This document shows, piece by piece, positions 41,511 to 53,412 of a stretch of 64,000 bases of DNA (the stretch's first letter is position 1; every line of letters begins with the position of its first letter). Position numbers and translations under genes: made by a program. The notes under the pieces were generated by a model. The model ran no database searches and was not told where the DNA came from. It saw only the letters and a list, made by a program, of their open reading frames with translations. The stretch covers positions 12,710,001 to 12,774,000 of the forward strand of contig NC_043018.1 of assembly GCF_006345805.1 (NCBI RefSeq). The letters run 5' to 3'. This DNA is from Octopus sinensis. Taxonomy: Eukaryota.

Positions 41511-42069
41511 CATCATTATCATTTAATGTCCACAGTTCATGCTGGCATTGGTTGGACAGTTTGACCAGAGCTGGCAAGTTGGGGAGCTGCACCAGACCCC
41601 AGTCCTCAAGTCTGATTTGACATGGTTTTCTATAGCTGGACGAGGCCCTTCCTAATCCCAACCACTTTACAGAGTGGACTGGGTGCTTTTATGGCCACTG
41701 CCCAGGCTCTCTTATGCCATGCTGCATGGGTGCTTACATGGAGCTGCATGGGTGTTTTATGTAGTGCCACTCAGGCACTTTTCTGTAGCGCTGTGTGAGC
41801 ACTTTTCATGACACTGCTATGAGTGCTTTTTAAGTGGCACTGACCCAGGACTCTTGCAGGTCAATCCTTAACACTTCTGCCATGGAGAACAGGTCTTCTT
41901 GAGTACAGCAAGGCACCAAGTATCTTCTCCCTTTCAACTCAATATTTACATGATATTATTTATAGCTTTATGTGCTTCAAGGTCAACTGTTCCAATAAAG
42001 GTAAGTGTTTCTTGATAACTTTCATACACTGTTTCAAAATACATTCAAGCAACAGTTACTTCAAGAGGA

Positions 42070-42179
42070 AACAAGCTTTGGGTTACCCTGTGTAACACGA
42101 TTTGTGTAACAAGCTTTGGGTTACCCTGTGTAACACGATTTGTGTAACAAGCTTTGGGTTACCCTGTGTAACACGATTT
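42070..42179. repeat. Perfect 38-bp tandem repeat, ~2.9 copies
   Basis: AACAAGCTTTGGGTTACCCTGTGTAACACGATTTGTGT at 42070, 42108 and 42146. Confidence 0.95.
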
Positions 42180-43045
42180 TTGTCCTCGGGTAGCAACTGT
42201 TATTTCCTGTTTACTTCCTCCCAGAAAATATGGAAAATGACTAATATTTCTTTCAAACTTCATTTTTCTTACATTTATTCAAACTCCACAGAATCCCTCT
42301 CAGCACATGGCTTTGATGCTCCTCTACTATTCCTGCTCATGATCAAAGATGCACATATTGTCAGCCACCGAGGGACATGCTCAAGTGGTTAAGGTCAAGC
42401 AACTGACAAACAAATCTGTGGTTTTGAGCTGAATATTTGCTATTATGATATTCCTGCTTCAACAACCCAGAGCTGAATCTGTCTGAAATAGAAAATAGGT
42501 CAGTTTCTAAATATTGATATGCAGGTCACAAAAACAAAGTTTGAAGAGAGTAGTAGTCATTTTGTTTGATTTTTGAATAGGAGCAAATAGGAAATAACAT
42601 TTATTGACTAAAGACAAAAAAAAAAACCTTTTAATTTTGTTACACAGGGCTATCAGCTGAAAAAGCAGAAATGGGAAATTCAGTGTTGTGGAAATTACGA
42701 GCCTTTCAGTTATACTCTACTAAGGAATACTCCGCATTTTCCTAAGGAGTTCTATAATTTATCACATCTAAGTGAATCAATTGCCATGTGGTTAAAAAGC
42801 TTGCTTCTGAATCATGTAGTTCCATGTTCAGACCCACTGTTTGGCACTTTGGGCAAGTGTCCTCTAATATAGTCCCAGTCAAAGCCCTGCGAGTGGATAT
42901 GGTAGACTGAAACTGAAAAAAGGCCCATCATGTGTGTGAGTACAGGTGTGCATGCATGTAAGTTTGTGTTGCCTTGTCTTGACATGACAAACCAGTATCA
43001 CCATCATACAAAGGAGTTTTCTTCGACTTCAATATTTTGTGAATA

Positions 43046-44440
43046 TGTAGCAAGGGCCATCAAGGCTAAAGGGAACAGGGCAGAGTTATATTCCCTCGTT
43101 CGGTTGTCAGTAGGTGGCGCTTTGATGCTACTTCTGCTAGAGAGGTATAAAATCCCTTGTTGAACATCCAGTCTTTCTCTTTTTCTGTTTCCCCTTCTGG
43201 GCAGGCAGCTTATGACTGCCCACACAGCTATGACCGCTAGCTCTCTTTTATTCCTGGCCATGACAACTACCACGCTATGTAGCTAGTACAATGCTCACTC
43301 TCTATTCTTCCAGCATGAACCTTTAACCCTCAATGACTACTGGCTTAATTACTAGCCACACCGACTGACTAAATTCACTAATGAGGGAACAAACAGTTTG
43401 TATACCTTTGTTACACATAACCTTGTCTGAATGTTGTTTGTTACATACACATACACACAACACTAAACAAATGAACCAGACTAATGCCTGATTCTATCCT
43501 AAAATGCTGAGCCCAACATGCAAATATTCACGTGGAATATTCTCTCAAAGAGAAATTTGTGTGGAGTTGACATGTGCCTGATTCTTCTTCCTCACTGTTT
43601 CTAAGACGGCCTACTTGAAATGGCATATTTTTCTTCTTCGTGCCTATCCTTATCCAACATTTCCTGTACCCAGGAGCAACATGCAGCATTCTTCTTTTCC
43701 CATTTTTAGCGGTAATGTCTATCTCTGGTTTGCTCAGGAAGAAGCTTACTTTGTGGTGAGCAATATTCAGTCCAGCCGGCAGCAACTAAACATTTTACTC
43801 AACACCATTCCTTTTGCTTTAGCCATTCAACTCAAAGACCTGATTACTGATACACTACACAACATGACTTATTCATCTATAAAGTGCAAAGTACTTCGTA
43901 GGACGTCTCTTTCCACAGAGCACCATTTTCAGACTCTCATCAATGACGAATATTTGGGAAACAGAAGACTGACAGAATTTCATTGTCGCATCTGGGACCT
44001 ACGTGATGTAGCTCCAGAAGACAGTTCCCTGCTTAAGCAGCCCTTTTTCCTGTGCTTACCCCCACAAGTTCAGGCAATTTTGGTGCCCATTGTCAACGGA
44101 AGTTCGGTGGAACAGATTGCTAATTTGGCTGATAAGATTATGAAATTCTCAAGAAATCCGCTTGCGGCCGACAGAATCGTTGCTGTGTCTTCTCCATTGA
44201 TGGCTACATCTCCTACAGACTGCATCTCTACTCAGTCAGCAACTTTAGAAGCCATTTTAAATCTGACCAAGCAAGTCAAGAGGTTGTGTCCATCCCAAAG
44301 TTTCCAGCATCACAGTTATTCAACCAGTCATAGCCAGAGTTCTTTGTTGCACGCCTTGCCACATGATTTTTGTTGGTATCATGACTGTTTTTTTGCAAAG
44401 GCATGGAAATACCTTCCACCATGTTCGTATGTGTGCCAGG
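43046..44440 (+). mobile_element. Gypsy/Ty3 (CsRn1-like) LTR retrotransposon remnant: probable 5' LTR, degenerate tRNA-Trp PBS, gag; pol absent
   Basis: TGTAG start at 43046 and TATAAAA at ~43147. TGCTGAGCCCAACATG at 43505 resembles the tRNA-Trp PBS TGGTGACCCCGACGTG. Gag motifs LWFAQ.EA.F, LGNRR, LPPQVQAIL and ANLADKI, plus a C-x2-H-x9-(Y for C)-x3-C knuckle. Confidence 0.8.
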
Positions 44441-44508
44441 AAGATACAAAAGAAGATATAAACAGAAGATACAAATATTACAGGCATCCCCCCACATACA
44501 CACACTAA
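43615..44508 (+). CDS. Gag-like ORF of a gypsy element (first ATG 43681); the last ~20 codons read into an unrelated repeat
   Basis: 297-codon ORF in the track, carrying the gag motifs listed for the element. Confidence 0.6.
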   Translation: MKWHIFLLRAYPYPTFPVPRSNMQHSSFPIFSGNVYLWFAQEEAYFVVSNIQSSRQQLNILLNTIPFALAIQLKDLITDTLHNMTYSSIKCKVLRRTSLSTEHHFQTLINDEYLGNRRLTEFHCRIWDLRDVAPEDSSLLKQPFFLCLPPQVQAILVPIVNGSSVEQIANLADKIMKFSRNPLAADRIVAVSSPLMATSPTDCISTQSATLEAILNLTKQVKRLCPSQSFQHHSYSTSHSQSSLLHALPHDFCWYHDCFFAKAWKYLPPCSYVCQEDTKEDINRRYKYYRHPPTYTH

Positions 44509-45899
44509 ATAAACATAGACGCACATAGAGATATACGCATGCACAAATGAAGACATACAATAGAAATACAAAACGGCTGACGGTTAGTAAGGAGAGACAC
44601 AAATAAGAAAGAAGAGAAGAAAACAAAGGACCACTGATGCGGTCACAGGAGTGTGACGAAAGAACTCTGGCCGAAATAAGATTAAGATTAATGTAAAAAA
44701 TAAATAACACTGAAGCAAAATAACACCAAATATATAGTGCGTGTGTTTTTATTGGCTAAACTGGCAATATGACCATTCTGAAATATAACAATATATATAT
44801 ATGTATGTATGTATATATTATATATATATATATATATACATATACATACATATAATGAAGAAAACTGCTTATTAATTAGTTATAAGTATATAATTTTTAC
44901 TGAAAGAAGGCAATTATTAAATTCTACTTTCTCTAGAAAATTCTTTAAGATTCCAATTATGATATATCTTTATCAAAATGTGATTTGAAGTATCTTCTAT
45001 TATAGAAGATTTCAGCTACATGATTCAGTCCATAAACTAATTTTAATTCACAAGATAGCATAATTTAAAATCCTGTACTGCAAGAGAACTTTTTTTTTCA
45101 TGTGCTTTCTCTAACAGTTGCCATCTTTTTTTTCTATTCTCCTTAGTCTTTCTCTTTCTCTATCTTTATAACATTTTCCTTCTCAGTTTTATCCTTACTT
45201 TCTTTCTCTGCATCACTGTCCCTCTTTTACTCAACTCCCTCTATTCAGTTGCTTACATTTAAAATAAGGGATTACAAAGATTTTCTTTGTGACACTTTAA
45301 GAACATTTTTATACCATATCTATTTATCTTATCATTACATTCTTTGTATTTCCAGTTCTATTCTTCTATACACAAATGTATAAACCATGGTCTTTTGACT
45401 AGTTTCTGTGACTAAATCATCAACTTTGCATTTGTTGTGTAGAACTATATTGATTTCTTTTAGCATATTGATTACAATACAGGAACACAATATACATTCT
45501 TGTGCTATTTGTTTCCACATTAGAATTTCTCAACTCAACATGTATTGATAAATAACCACCCAGAGGGCAGTGTTTTACTAGTACATATATATATATGCAT
45601 AATAAGGCATATATATATAGAGAGAACTATAATCATTATACATACATATAAATACACTTACACAGATATATGCTTATATTTATACTCACATATATATTAC
45701 ACACACACACACACACATTGTCAACTTTGTCTGCTGAAATAATTGAGAAAATTATTTTCTCCTTCCACTTACAGTACAATACATAGTTATGCGTTGCATC
45801 TGGAATCATCTAAGATTTGCCCTATAAATATGCTTCTTCTTCTTCTCATTATTGTTGTTGTTATTATTATTACTACTACTACTACTACTATTATTATTA

Positions 45900-46440
45900 T
45901 TGAGTGAGAGAGCAGTGCATACCATCAAAGTGACACTGGGGTAAGCTATACGAAGCCCAGTATACCTATCATGACTACCCGTCTGATAAGGGTACACCAG
46001 GCACATGCATTAAAACCATATGTGCACCACATGGTGATCTCATATCAAGATTAACAACATCTGACCTTGCAGGTGGGGCCCAGTTAGAATTTTCTTCAGG
46101 TTAAGTAGTCTATCCTACTCAAAAGGTCCCTGAATAAGGGTTGTTAAGGATGTTTCCAGTGGTGAGTTATCCAAACCCCAAAGAATTCCTCTCAACACAT
46201 GGCTATGATGCTCCCCCACTACTTCTGCTCGTGATCAGAGATGCACATATCATCAGCCACTAAGGAACATACTCAACTGGTTAAGGTCAAACAACTGACA
46301 AGCAAATCTGTGGTATTGAGCAGAATATTTGCTGTAGCCCATCTTTTATACCAATACAAAACAATGTACCTGATAACACTTCCAATCAGTTAAGATCAGA
46401 AGCCATGAGAGCCACAGCCTGGTACTGCATCAGGGCATTT
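45900..46440 (-). mobile_element. ~540-bp non-coding interspersed element embedded in (AAT)n
   Basis: Highly similar copy at 10147-10610 and a partial copy at 42270-42445. This copy has TTA tracts on both sides. Confidence 0.8.
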
Positions 46441-46463
46441 ATTATTATTATTATTATTATTAC

Positions 46464-46496
<33 letters not shown>

Positions 46497-46880
46497 CATC
46501 TTTATTGTTTCTATTTCATTTGCCAGACTTCTAGTTTGCTCTTTCTGTTTGGTTTGATGGCAAAATAGCATCCCTTTTCAATTAATAACTCATTTTAACA
46601 GGGAGAATTTTCACTTTAGAATTATTAAAAATATTTCTTTTTTTTTCCACATTTTTTAATAAAAAAACAAAACAACTTCTAATAAAGAAAAAAGCACAAT
46701 ACAAAAGCATTAGCATTTTTATTTTTGTAAATTGTGAGAAAAAGAAGCAAAGAACATCTTCCTTTCTAAAACTTTCTTAATTGTCTTCATAGACATCTAC
46801 TTTGAGGACTACGCTAAAGCAACAGGCTTTTATCATTTGTCTTTTGTCTTTTGTCTCAAAGCAATATCAACTGAAATGAT

Positions 46881-47153
46881 CACTTGAGGAAAAGAAAAAT
46901 GGACGATGGTTGTGTGTGAGCAATGAGAGACAGAAAAAGAGAAAGAGGATGAGAGAGAGAGAGATAGAAAACAGTTAAGTGGAAGAAAAAGGGAATTAGA
47001 GAAGGATGGGGGAAGAAAACAGTATGGTTATTCAAAATGATTCATTGAGGAATCGTTCTAATACAAACACTTTGAAAGATAATGAAAGTTATTCTAAACA
47101 CACCGACATCAGTTGTCAAACAATGGTGTGTGTGTGTGTGTGGGGGGTGACAA

Positions 47154-47215
<62 letters not shown>

Positions 47216-48630
47216 GATGGGCTTTTTTCAGTTTCCGTCTACCAAATCCACTCACAAGGCTTTGGTCGGTCTGATGCTATAGAAGAAGACACTTGCCCAA
47301 GGTGCCACGCAAAAAAGAAAAATATAAACACACTAACACTGGTGGGGGGCAAACACAAACTCAAAGACACACATACACGTACACACACACACACATACAT
47401 GTACACACACACACACACACACATTTATGATTGTTTTTTTTCTTCAGCTTCAATCTACCAAATCCACTCAAAAGGCTTTGGTTGACCTGAGGCTATAGTA
47501 GAGGACTGAACCCAGAACCATGTGGTTGGGAAGCAAGCTTCTTATCCCACAGCCATGCCTAAACTTACTTATTGTTGTCAGATTTAATTTCTGTCTTTGT
47601 CAATATTACGAAACAAGAAAAAAAGTGTTTATTTAGAAAGTGAGAGCATCGACATACAACAAATATCTGGGGTACAGACATTGTAAACGAACTAAACGTA
47701 CGAGACTGAAAGGAGCTGAATTCAGAAGAACATTAACAACGATTATCAAATTACAGTTTGTTTTTTTTTCCTCTTCTTTTGGCTCAGTATTTCTCTGTTG
47801 TGTACACTGGGAGGGGAAAACATACACAGATTAGCTTAATATTGGTAATAGAACAGCAAAATGAAAACAGAATTATTACTGAGACATTAGCTTTCACTGC
47901 TGTAAGCAGGACCATTAAGAAATGAAACTCCATTTCTGTTTGCTTGGCATCGCATGCAGAAAACCATTATTCAGTTGATATTAAGCACAATGCATTAAGT
48001 AAATGTAATGAAAACTGCATCTGAGAGACTAATCAAGAAATACTCCCAACAGTTGCTGGTTCTCCATAAAGCTGTAGAGAAAACCATAATGGAACATTGC
48101 TGCTGCTATGTGCCACATGAACATCTGAGGATTATGTAGAAGAAGACTATCTGGTCAAATGACATGAGTTCATTTGCCAACACACTTCAAACTGTAGCTC
48201 CCCATACATGCTGTCTCCTTTCTCATTGAAACTAACTCACTCTGAGAAGTCTTTGTTCCTCTCAACAAATGACTTCAATACCATCTTCATCTAAGTCCAC
48301 TTGTCATCCATGTCTGCTTTCTACCTCAGGCCCTGAACAAACATGGAGGGTCGTTAGATCAGAACAAGAGGAAAATAGAATGCTGGGAGAAATATTTTCT
48401 TTGAAAAGAGAAAATATAGAAGAGGAAGAAAGAAAATGTCCAGTCCTTAGAACATTGTGCACGAAAAGAAAGATGAGCACGTGAGGAAAAGAAAAATGGA
48501 CGATGGTTGTGTGTGAGCAATGAGAGACAGAAAAAGAGAAAGAGGAGGAGAGAGAGATAGAAAACAGTTAAGGGGAAGAAAAGGGGAATTAGAGAAGGAT
48601 GGAGGAAGAAAACAGTAGGGTTATTCAAAA
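46881..48630 (+). repeat. ~155-bp purine-rich direct repeats (46881-47038 and 48478-48630), 1.6 kb apart
   Basis: TGAGGAAAAGAAAAATGGACGATGGTTGTGTGTGAGCAATGAGAGACAG...GGTTATTCAAAA in both. Confidence 0.9.
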
Positions 48631-48849
48631 AGAATGAGCCAATTTCATAACACAATGTTTTAATAAGGAAAAGCAATAGAAAACTCCAGCTAAGTCAGAA
48701 GTATTTACTCACAATCAACTTTTATTTCTTGTCTTACAAATGTTCAATGTGGCCACCACCACCTGCAGCATGGGCAACAACAATGCAATAAAAGAATTCC
48801 TCCCAGATGTGTATCAGCATATCATGATCCACTAATTTGATCATTGTTT

Positions 48850-49290
48850 CCAGAAAGGGAAATTGAAGATATCATATTTAGTGGTGTTAGATGTTGACAC
48901 AGTTATAAAAGAATTTGAGCAAGAATAATCTTGCAAATACTTCTGAATAAATGAGAGCTCTGGCATTCACTATGCAAGCATGAAAGAGAAGGTCAGGAAG
49001 GAATGTTACAGGAGAGTTCAAGCAGTCCTAAAATCTGGTGTTAGCCATAAATCCCTTTGTGGTTCCAGTTCTTATAGTTTCAAAGTGTTGAACTAGAACA
49101 TCAGCAAAATAAGGAAAATTGACCAGAAAATCCGTAAGCTGCTGACTTGCAATAAGACAGACACAGATCATCTTTACCTTCTCAGAGCTCAAGGAAGTTG
49201 AGGTTTGATCCAAGTTGAAATCTCTTACAAAACCACTACAATTGGACTGGCTAAATATCTTGAAACATCTAACAACTGGATGCTAAAACT
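48850..49290 (+). mobile_element. Decayed R4/Dong-type LINE fragment (RT thumb region)
   Basis: Degenerate translation KEKVRKECYRRVQAVLKS...IRKIDQKIRKLLT...DHLYLLRAQG. Confidence 0.7.
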
Positions 49291-49694
49291 TTGTCTCTCC
49301 AAAGACGGAATACCCAACTTTCAGAGTCTTCACTTGATATGATGCACCAACAGCTGGGATATCTCAGAAACAGGGATCAGAGACTATTTTTTACCATTCA
49401 TTATGTAGCCAAATTTAGATTGAATTAATGAAATTGAAAGTCCTTGTCATATCTTGCCTAATTGTCTGCCTTTCCTTACTACTTTAACCTACACCTACTG
49501 ACTCAAAGGGAAGCCACCTTTAGCCGTTTTGAAGAAGACAATCACAACCATAACTTCAACGGCTGCTCAAACTAGAACTTTGGTGGCACACTTATTTGAG
49601 CCCTCACAACACATACCTATAAGTTTTGAGTCACCCTGAAGAAAACTCCTCATATCCCCACCTCTCTCTCTATATATATACATATAAATATATG

Positions 49695-49945
49695 TGGAGG
49701 CGCGTGGCTTAGTGGTTAGGGTGTCAGCATCATGATCGTAAGATTGTGGTTTCGATTCCTGAACCGAGCAACGCGTTGTGTTCTTGAGCAAAACACTTCA
49801 TTTCACGTTGCTCCAGTCCACTCAGCTGGCAAAAATGAGTAACGCTGTGATGGACTGGCTTCCAGTCCAGCTGGGGAACACATACGCCATAGAAACCGGG
49901 CCCATGAGCCTGGCTAGGCTTTAAAAGGGCGCATTTATTTATTTT
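49695..49945 (+). mobile_element. tRNA-derived SINE, family C (V-domain-like GATGGACTGGC.TCC.GTCCAG)
   Basis: A box TGGCTTAGTGG and B box GGTTTCGATTCC. Inverted copy at 6125-6370, related copy at 15150-15410(-). Confidence 0.85.
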
Positions 49946-50329
49946 ATTATATATATATATATATATATACGTGTATAGTTTACTTTTCCATTAAGGTAAG
50001 ATCAACAAAAAAAGTACTCCATCTGGTGAGAGATAAATATTGTTTAATGCACCAGTATATAGTTATGTACAATAAAAAGTTTCATACTTTGAAGATATTA
50101 TCTGTGCAGGTTTAAGGCATTGAGCTGGCAGAATCGTCAGCACGCTGAACAAAATGCTTTGCAGTGTTTCACCTCCAGGAATATTGTGAGTTCAAATTCC
50201 GCTGAGGTTGACTTTGCCTTTCATCCTTTTGGAGGTTGATAAATCAAGTACCAGTAAAACAACAGGGTCAATGTAATTGATTATCCCCCTCCTGCAAATT
50301 TCAGGCCTTGACCCTATTGTAGAAAGGAT

Positions 50330-50459
50330 TATCTAAGTAGGTATTTAAAACATACCTGGTGTCTCCGAGTAATCTTCAGGCTCTGGGCATATGGCCATGT
50401 ACCCAGAGCCTGAAGATTACTTGGAGACACTAGGTGTGGTTTAAAATCTGCATAGATAT
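50330..50459. repeat. Spacerless ~130-bp imperfect palindrome centred on GGCC (50393-50396)
   Basis: GTGTCTCCGAGTAATCTTCAGGCTCTGGG versus CCCAGAGCCTGAAGATTACTTGGAGACAC. Confidence 0.9.
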
Positions 50460-50884
50460 CTTCAATGTTTTTGCTCAGTGTGCTAACGATTCTGACAGTC
50501 CCCCCCCCTTCACAGATTCTAAATTTTGGTTTGTTGACAGTGTCAAACAAGGTTGCTTGCAGCTCACTACAAAAACAAGCTTGGACTTCTTGACATGTCT
50601 TAATTTGTTTCACAATCTTTGTACACAAAAGGCTCGTTCAGACAGCAACATTTATTTCCAGTTCTCCAGGCTGTTTGTTGATCAATTGACAAGAAGATTT
50701 ATTACTTTACTTGGACACGAAGCAGGACTGACATCAGGGAAAGCATCCAGCTGTAGAAAACTCTACCGCAACATACTCTTGTCTGATCCATAAGGTCAGA
50801 AAATTGACCGGTTCTTACTTTATGGACTCTGGAAGGTTGAAAAACAAAGGTGACCTAAAGAGGAATTTGAATCCAGAAAACAAA

Positions 50885-50917
50885 TATCAAAACCAATAAA
50901 CAAAACAAGACTTTAAT
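50885..50917 (-). terminator. Candidate proximal poly(A) signal of RCCD1 (ATTAAA plus GU/U-rich downstream element)
   Basis: ATTAAA at 50917-50912, just after the stop, followed by gtcttgttttgtttattggttttg. An alternative AATAAA lies at 50656-50651. Confidence 0.35.
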
Positions 50918-50925
50918 TTAAAGAA

Positions 50926-51128
50926 TTAGGTTTCAGTTTTGGTTTCTGTTTTCTGTAGAACTAAGATGGTGTTCCAGCTTCCGCAGTAAATATCAAGCTG
51001 CTCTGGCTGGCATTTTAAGGAAGGAAGATGTTGATCTTGTACATAAGTGAGACGGTCTCTGTTATAACAATCTCCCAGACCCAATTGACCATAACCATTC
51101 CAACCACAAGTAAATAATTTACAGCAAT
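50926..51128 (-). CDS. RCCD1: RCCD1-like final coding exon 6; spliced CDS 1122 nt, 373 aa
   Basis: Acceptor ctcttctttcag. Encodes (N)CCKLFTCGWNGYGQLGLGD...DIYCGSWNTILVLQKTETKTET*. Not in the supplied ORF track; translated by hand. Confidence 0.9.
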
Positions 51129-51377
51129 CTGAAAGAAGAGAATGGACGATGTAGATGGCATCTCACAAGAAATAATGATGACTTATATGACATGTCGTAA
51201 TAAACACTTATATGTCATAAGTATATATGACATGTCATAATAAGTGTCATAAATATATGATAATATATAACATGTCATAATAAGTATCATAGACATATGG
51301 CGATATATGACAAGTTATAATAGAAACTTAATATCACAAATCATATATCACAGGTATATAATAATAATATATATAAA

Positions 51378-51437
<60 letters not shown>

Positions 51438-53412
51438 CAGCCCAGAGATAATAACCAGTCTGGGACCAGCATCACAGAGAGCGTCACCGAAGACCCTGGT
51501 ACCACCACCATGATAATGAACAAACCATACATACAGATAGGGTGATCAGGCCTGCAATGTAAGACACTTACCCAAGGTTCTATGCAGTGGAAATGAACCC
51601 GGAGCCATGTGGTTGGGAAGCAAGCTACTTACCACACAGCCACACCTGCACCTGTAGGTATGGATGGGTGTGATTTTACTTAGTTTGACATATCTTCTCA
51701 AGTACAGCAAATCACAAGCCCTGGTCCACACACACACACATCATCATCATCATCCTCATCATTTAATGTCCATTTTTCCATGCTGGCATGAGTTGGACGG
51801 TTTGTCTGAAAACTGGTAAGCTAGGGAGCTCCACCATGTTCCAATCTGATTTGGCATGGTTTCCATGGCTGGATGCCCTTCCTAATGTCAACCACTCCAA
51901 GAACGTAGTGGGTGTTTTTTATAATCCACTGGCATGGGTGCCAATTATGAAACACTAGCACCAGCCACAACTACGATCTCACTTGGCTTAGCAGGTCTTC
52001 TCAAGCATCGTATATTGCCAAAGGTCTCGGTCACTTGTCACTACCTCTGTGAGGCCCAAAGTTCAAAGGGTGCTTTTTACGTGCCACCAGCATGGGTGCC
52101 AGCCCTGTACACTGGCATCAGCCACAACTACAATTTCATGAGACCTGATGGGTCTTCTCAAGCATGGCATATCACCCAATGTTTGAAGGGAGCTTTTTAC
52201 ATGCCAGTTACACAACACTGGCAATATACATAAATACAAAAAGCTTCTTTCAGTTTCCATTTATCAAATCCACTCACAAGGCTTTGGTTTGCCTAAGGCT
52301 CTAATAGAAGACATTTTCCAAAGGTACCACACAGTGGGACTGAACCCAGAACCATGTGGCTGGGAAGCAAGCTTCTTTCCACACAGCCATGTCTGCACCT
52401 ATCTAAGAATTTTAATTTGCATCCTTATGATTCAGAGTTCAATCCTTCTGTGCAGCCTTTTCTTTGACCAAACATCAACAATTCCCAAGCAACATGATAT
52501 TTCCTCATAGCTAGACATAGGTAGACACAGAAGATTAAAAATGAAGGACACCACTTGCTTGATGATGATGATGTCTGCTTGCAACTGTCATGTGATGTCA
52601 AGACAAGAAGACACAAATGCATGCACACACACACACACACACATGCATGCACACACACATACACACACACACACACACTCATATACAAACAGGCTTCTTT
52701 CCGTTTCCATCGACCAAATTTACTCTCAAGGCTTTGCTTGACTCAGTACTATGGCAGAAGACACTTGTCCAAAGTGTCACACAGTGGAATTGAACCTGGT
52801 ACCATGTGGTTAAGTTCCACGGAGACGCTTTTGGGTGTTTTTCTATGATAGCAACATGAATACCTTACAAAGTGTTCACATCACTAAAAGGGAGATAAAT
52901 TACCATCTCAAAAAAACCCCAAAAAGCATTAATCCAATCATTTGATTAAGATAAAATATATACTTGATTAATTACAAAAGTTGATGTAATAATTGACAAT
53001 TATGACAGACACCAGTGAACTAATAAAAGAATATTCCAGGTTCTAGCAACTTTATATCTTTTATATTTTATACTTTACTTGTTTCAGTCCTCAGACTGTG
53101 GCCATGCTGGGGTACACCTTGAAGGATTTAATTGTACAAATTAACCCCAAGACTTATTTCTTTTAAGACTAATACTTATTCTAACAGTCTTTTTTGATGA
53201 ATCACTAAGTTATGTAGATGTAAACAAAATGCACACACACACATATTTGCAAGCTTCTTTCAGTTTCTGCCAACCAAATACACTCACATGGCTTTGGTTG
53301 GCTCAGGGCTACAGTAGAAGACACTTGTCCAAGGTTCCATGCAGGGGAACTAAACCCAATCTGTGTTTGGGAAGCAAACTTCTTACCCCACAGTCACACC
53401 TGTGCCTATATA

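Noticed and set aside
49695-49770. tRNA-like A/B boxes as tRNA genes
   Set aside because: No complete cloverleaf. They are heads of multi-copy SINEs.
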